Notes under the pieces: generated by a model | Seen by the model: the letters and a program-made list of their open reading frames with translations, nothing else | What the model was told of the DNA's origin: nothing | The model's database searches: none | Position numbers and translations under genes: made by a program | Shown: in pieces, positions 63,853 to 64,000 of the stretch | Position numbering within the stretch: the stretch's first letter is position 1 | Layout: every line of letters starts with the position of its first letter | Source of the DNA: Octopus vulgaris | Lineage: Eukaryota | Assembly (NCBI GenBank): GCA_951406725.2 | Contig: OX597814.1 | Location: 83,886,001 to 83,950,000 of the forward strand | Direction of reading: 5' to 3' | DNA length: 64,000 nt

Positions 63853-64000
63853 AAGCAGCGAGTTGGCAGATTCCTAACGGCGTCAGAATAAAACATTTCG
63901 GTATTTGTTTCAGCTCTTGACCATCTGATTTCTAATCCGACCTGTCATCCCTCCAGTACTGATAAAATAAAGTACCTGTCAGATACCTTGGTGACCTTGG
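63853..64000 (+). mobile_element. SINE family B, degraded, runs off window end
   Basis: aagcagcgagttggcagattc...gataaaataaagtacc. Confidence 0.6.

Overview
AT-rich, microsatellite- and transposon-dense eukaryotic DNA. The SINE families and microsatellite style suggest a coleoid cephalopod, probably Octopus (inference). The left half (2176-32823, + strand) holds 16 coding exons of the peroxisomal Lon protease LONP2. They splice into one open frame of 831 codons plus stop, with Walker A GPPGVGKT, Walker B FLFDEIDK, catalytic DGPSAG/GGIKEK and a C-terminal PTS1 (SKL). The first exon lies upstream of the window. One intron (16378-18425) is a U12 minor-spliceosome intron. The right half is intergenic and contains a nearly intact RTE-type LINE, CR1, Dong/R4, L1/Tx1 and Penelope relics, mariner/hAT/piggyBac elements and SINEs. 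The most interesting unannotated signal is a set of minimal hammerhead-ribozyme-like motifs tied to Penelope-like and (TA)n-embedded repeats. One has a compensatory A3-U8 swap of the conserved C3-G8 core pair, and another lies on the sense strand of a LONP2 intron. A CpG-depletion boundary near 37-37.6 kb looks like a footprint of gene-body methylation. Most ORFs in the supplied track are microsatellite or transposon noise. Repeat boundaries were judged by eye and are approximate unless TSDs/TIRs are quoted.
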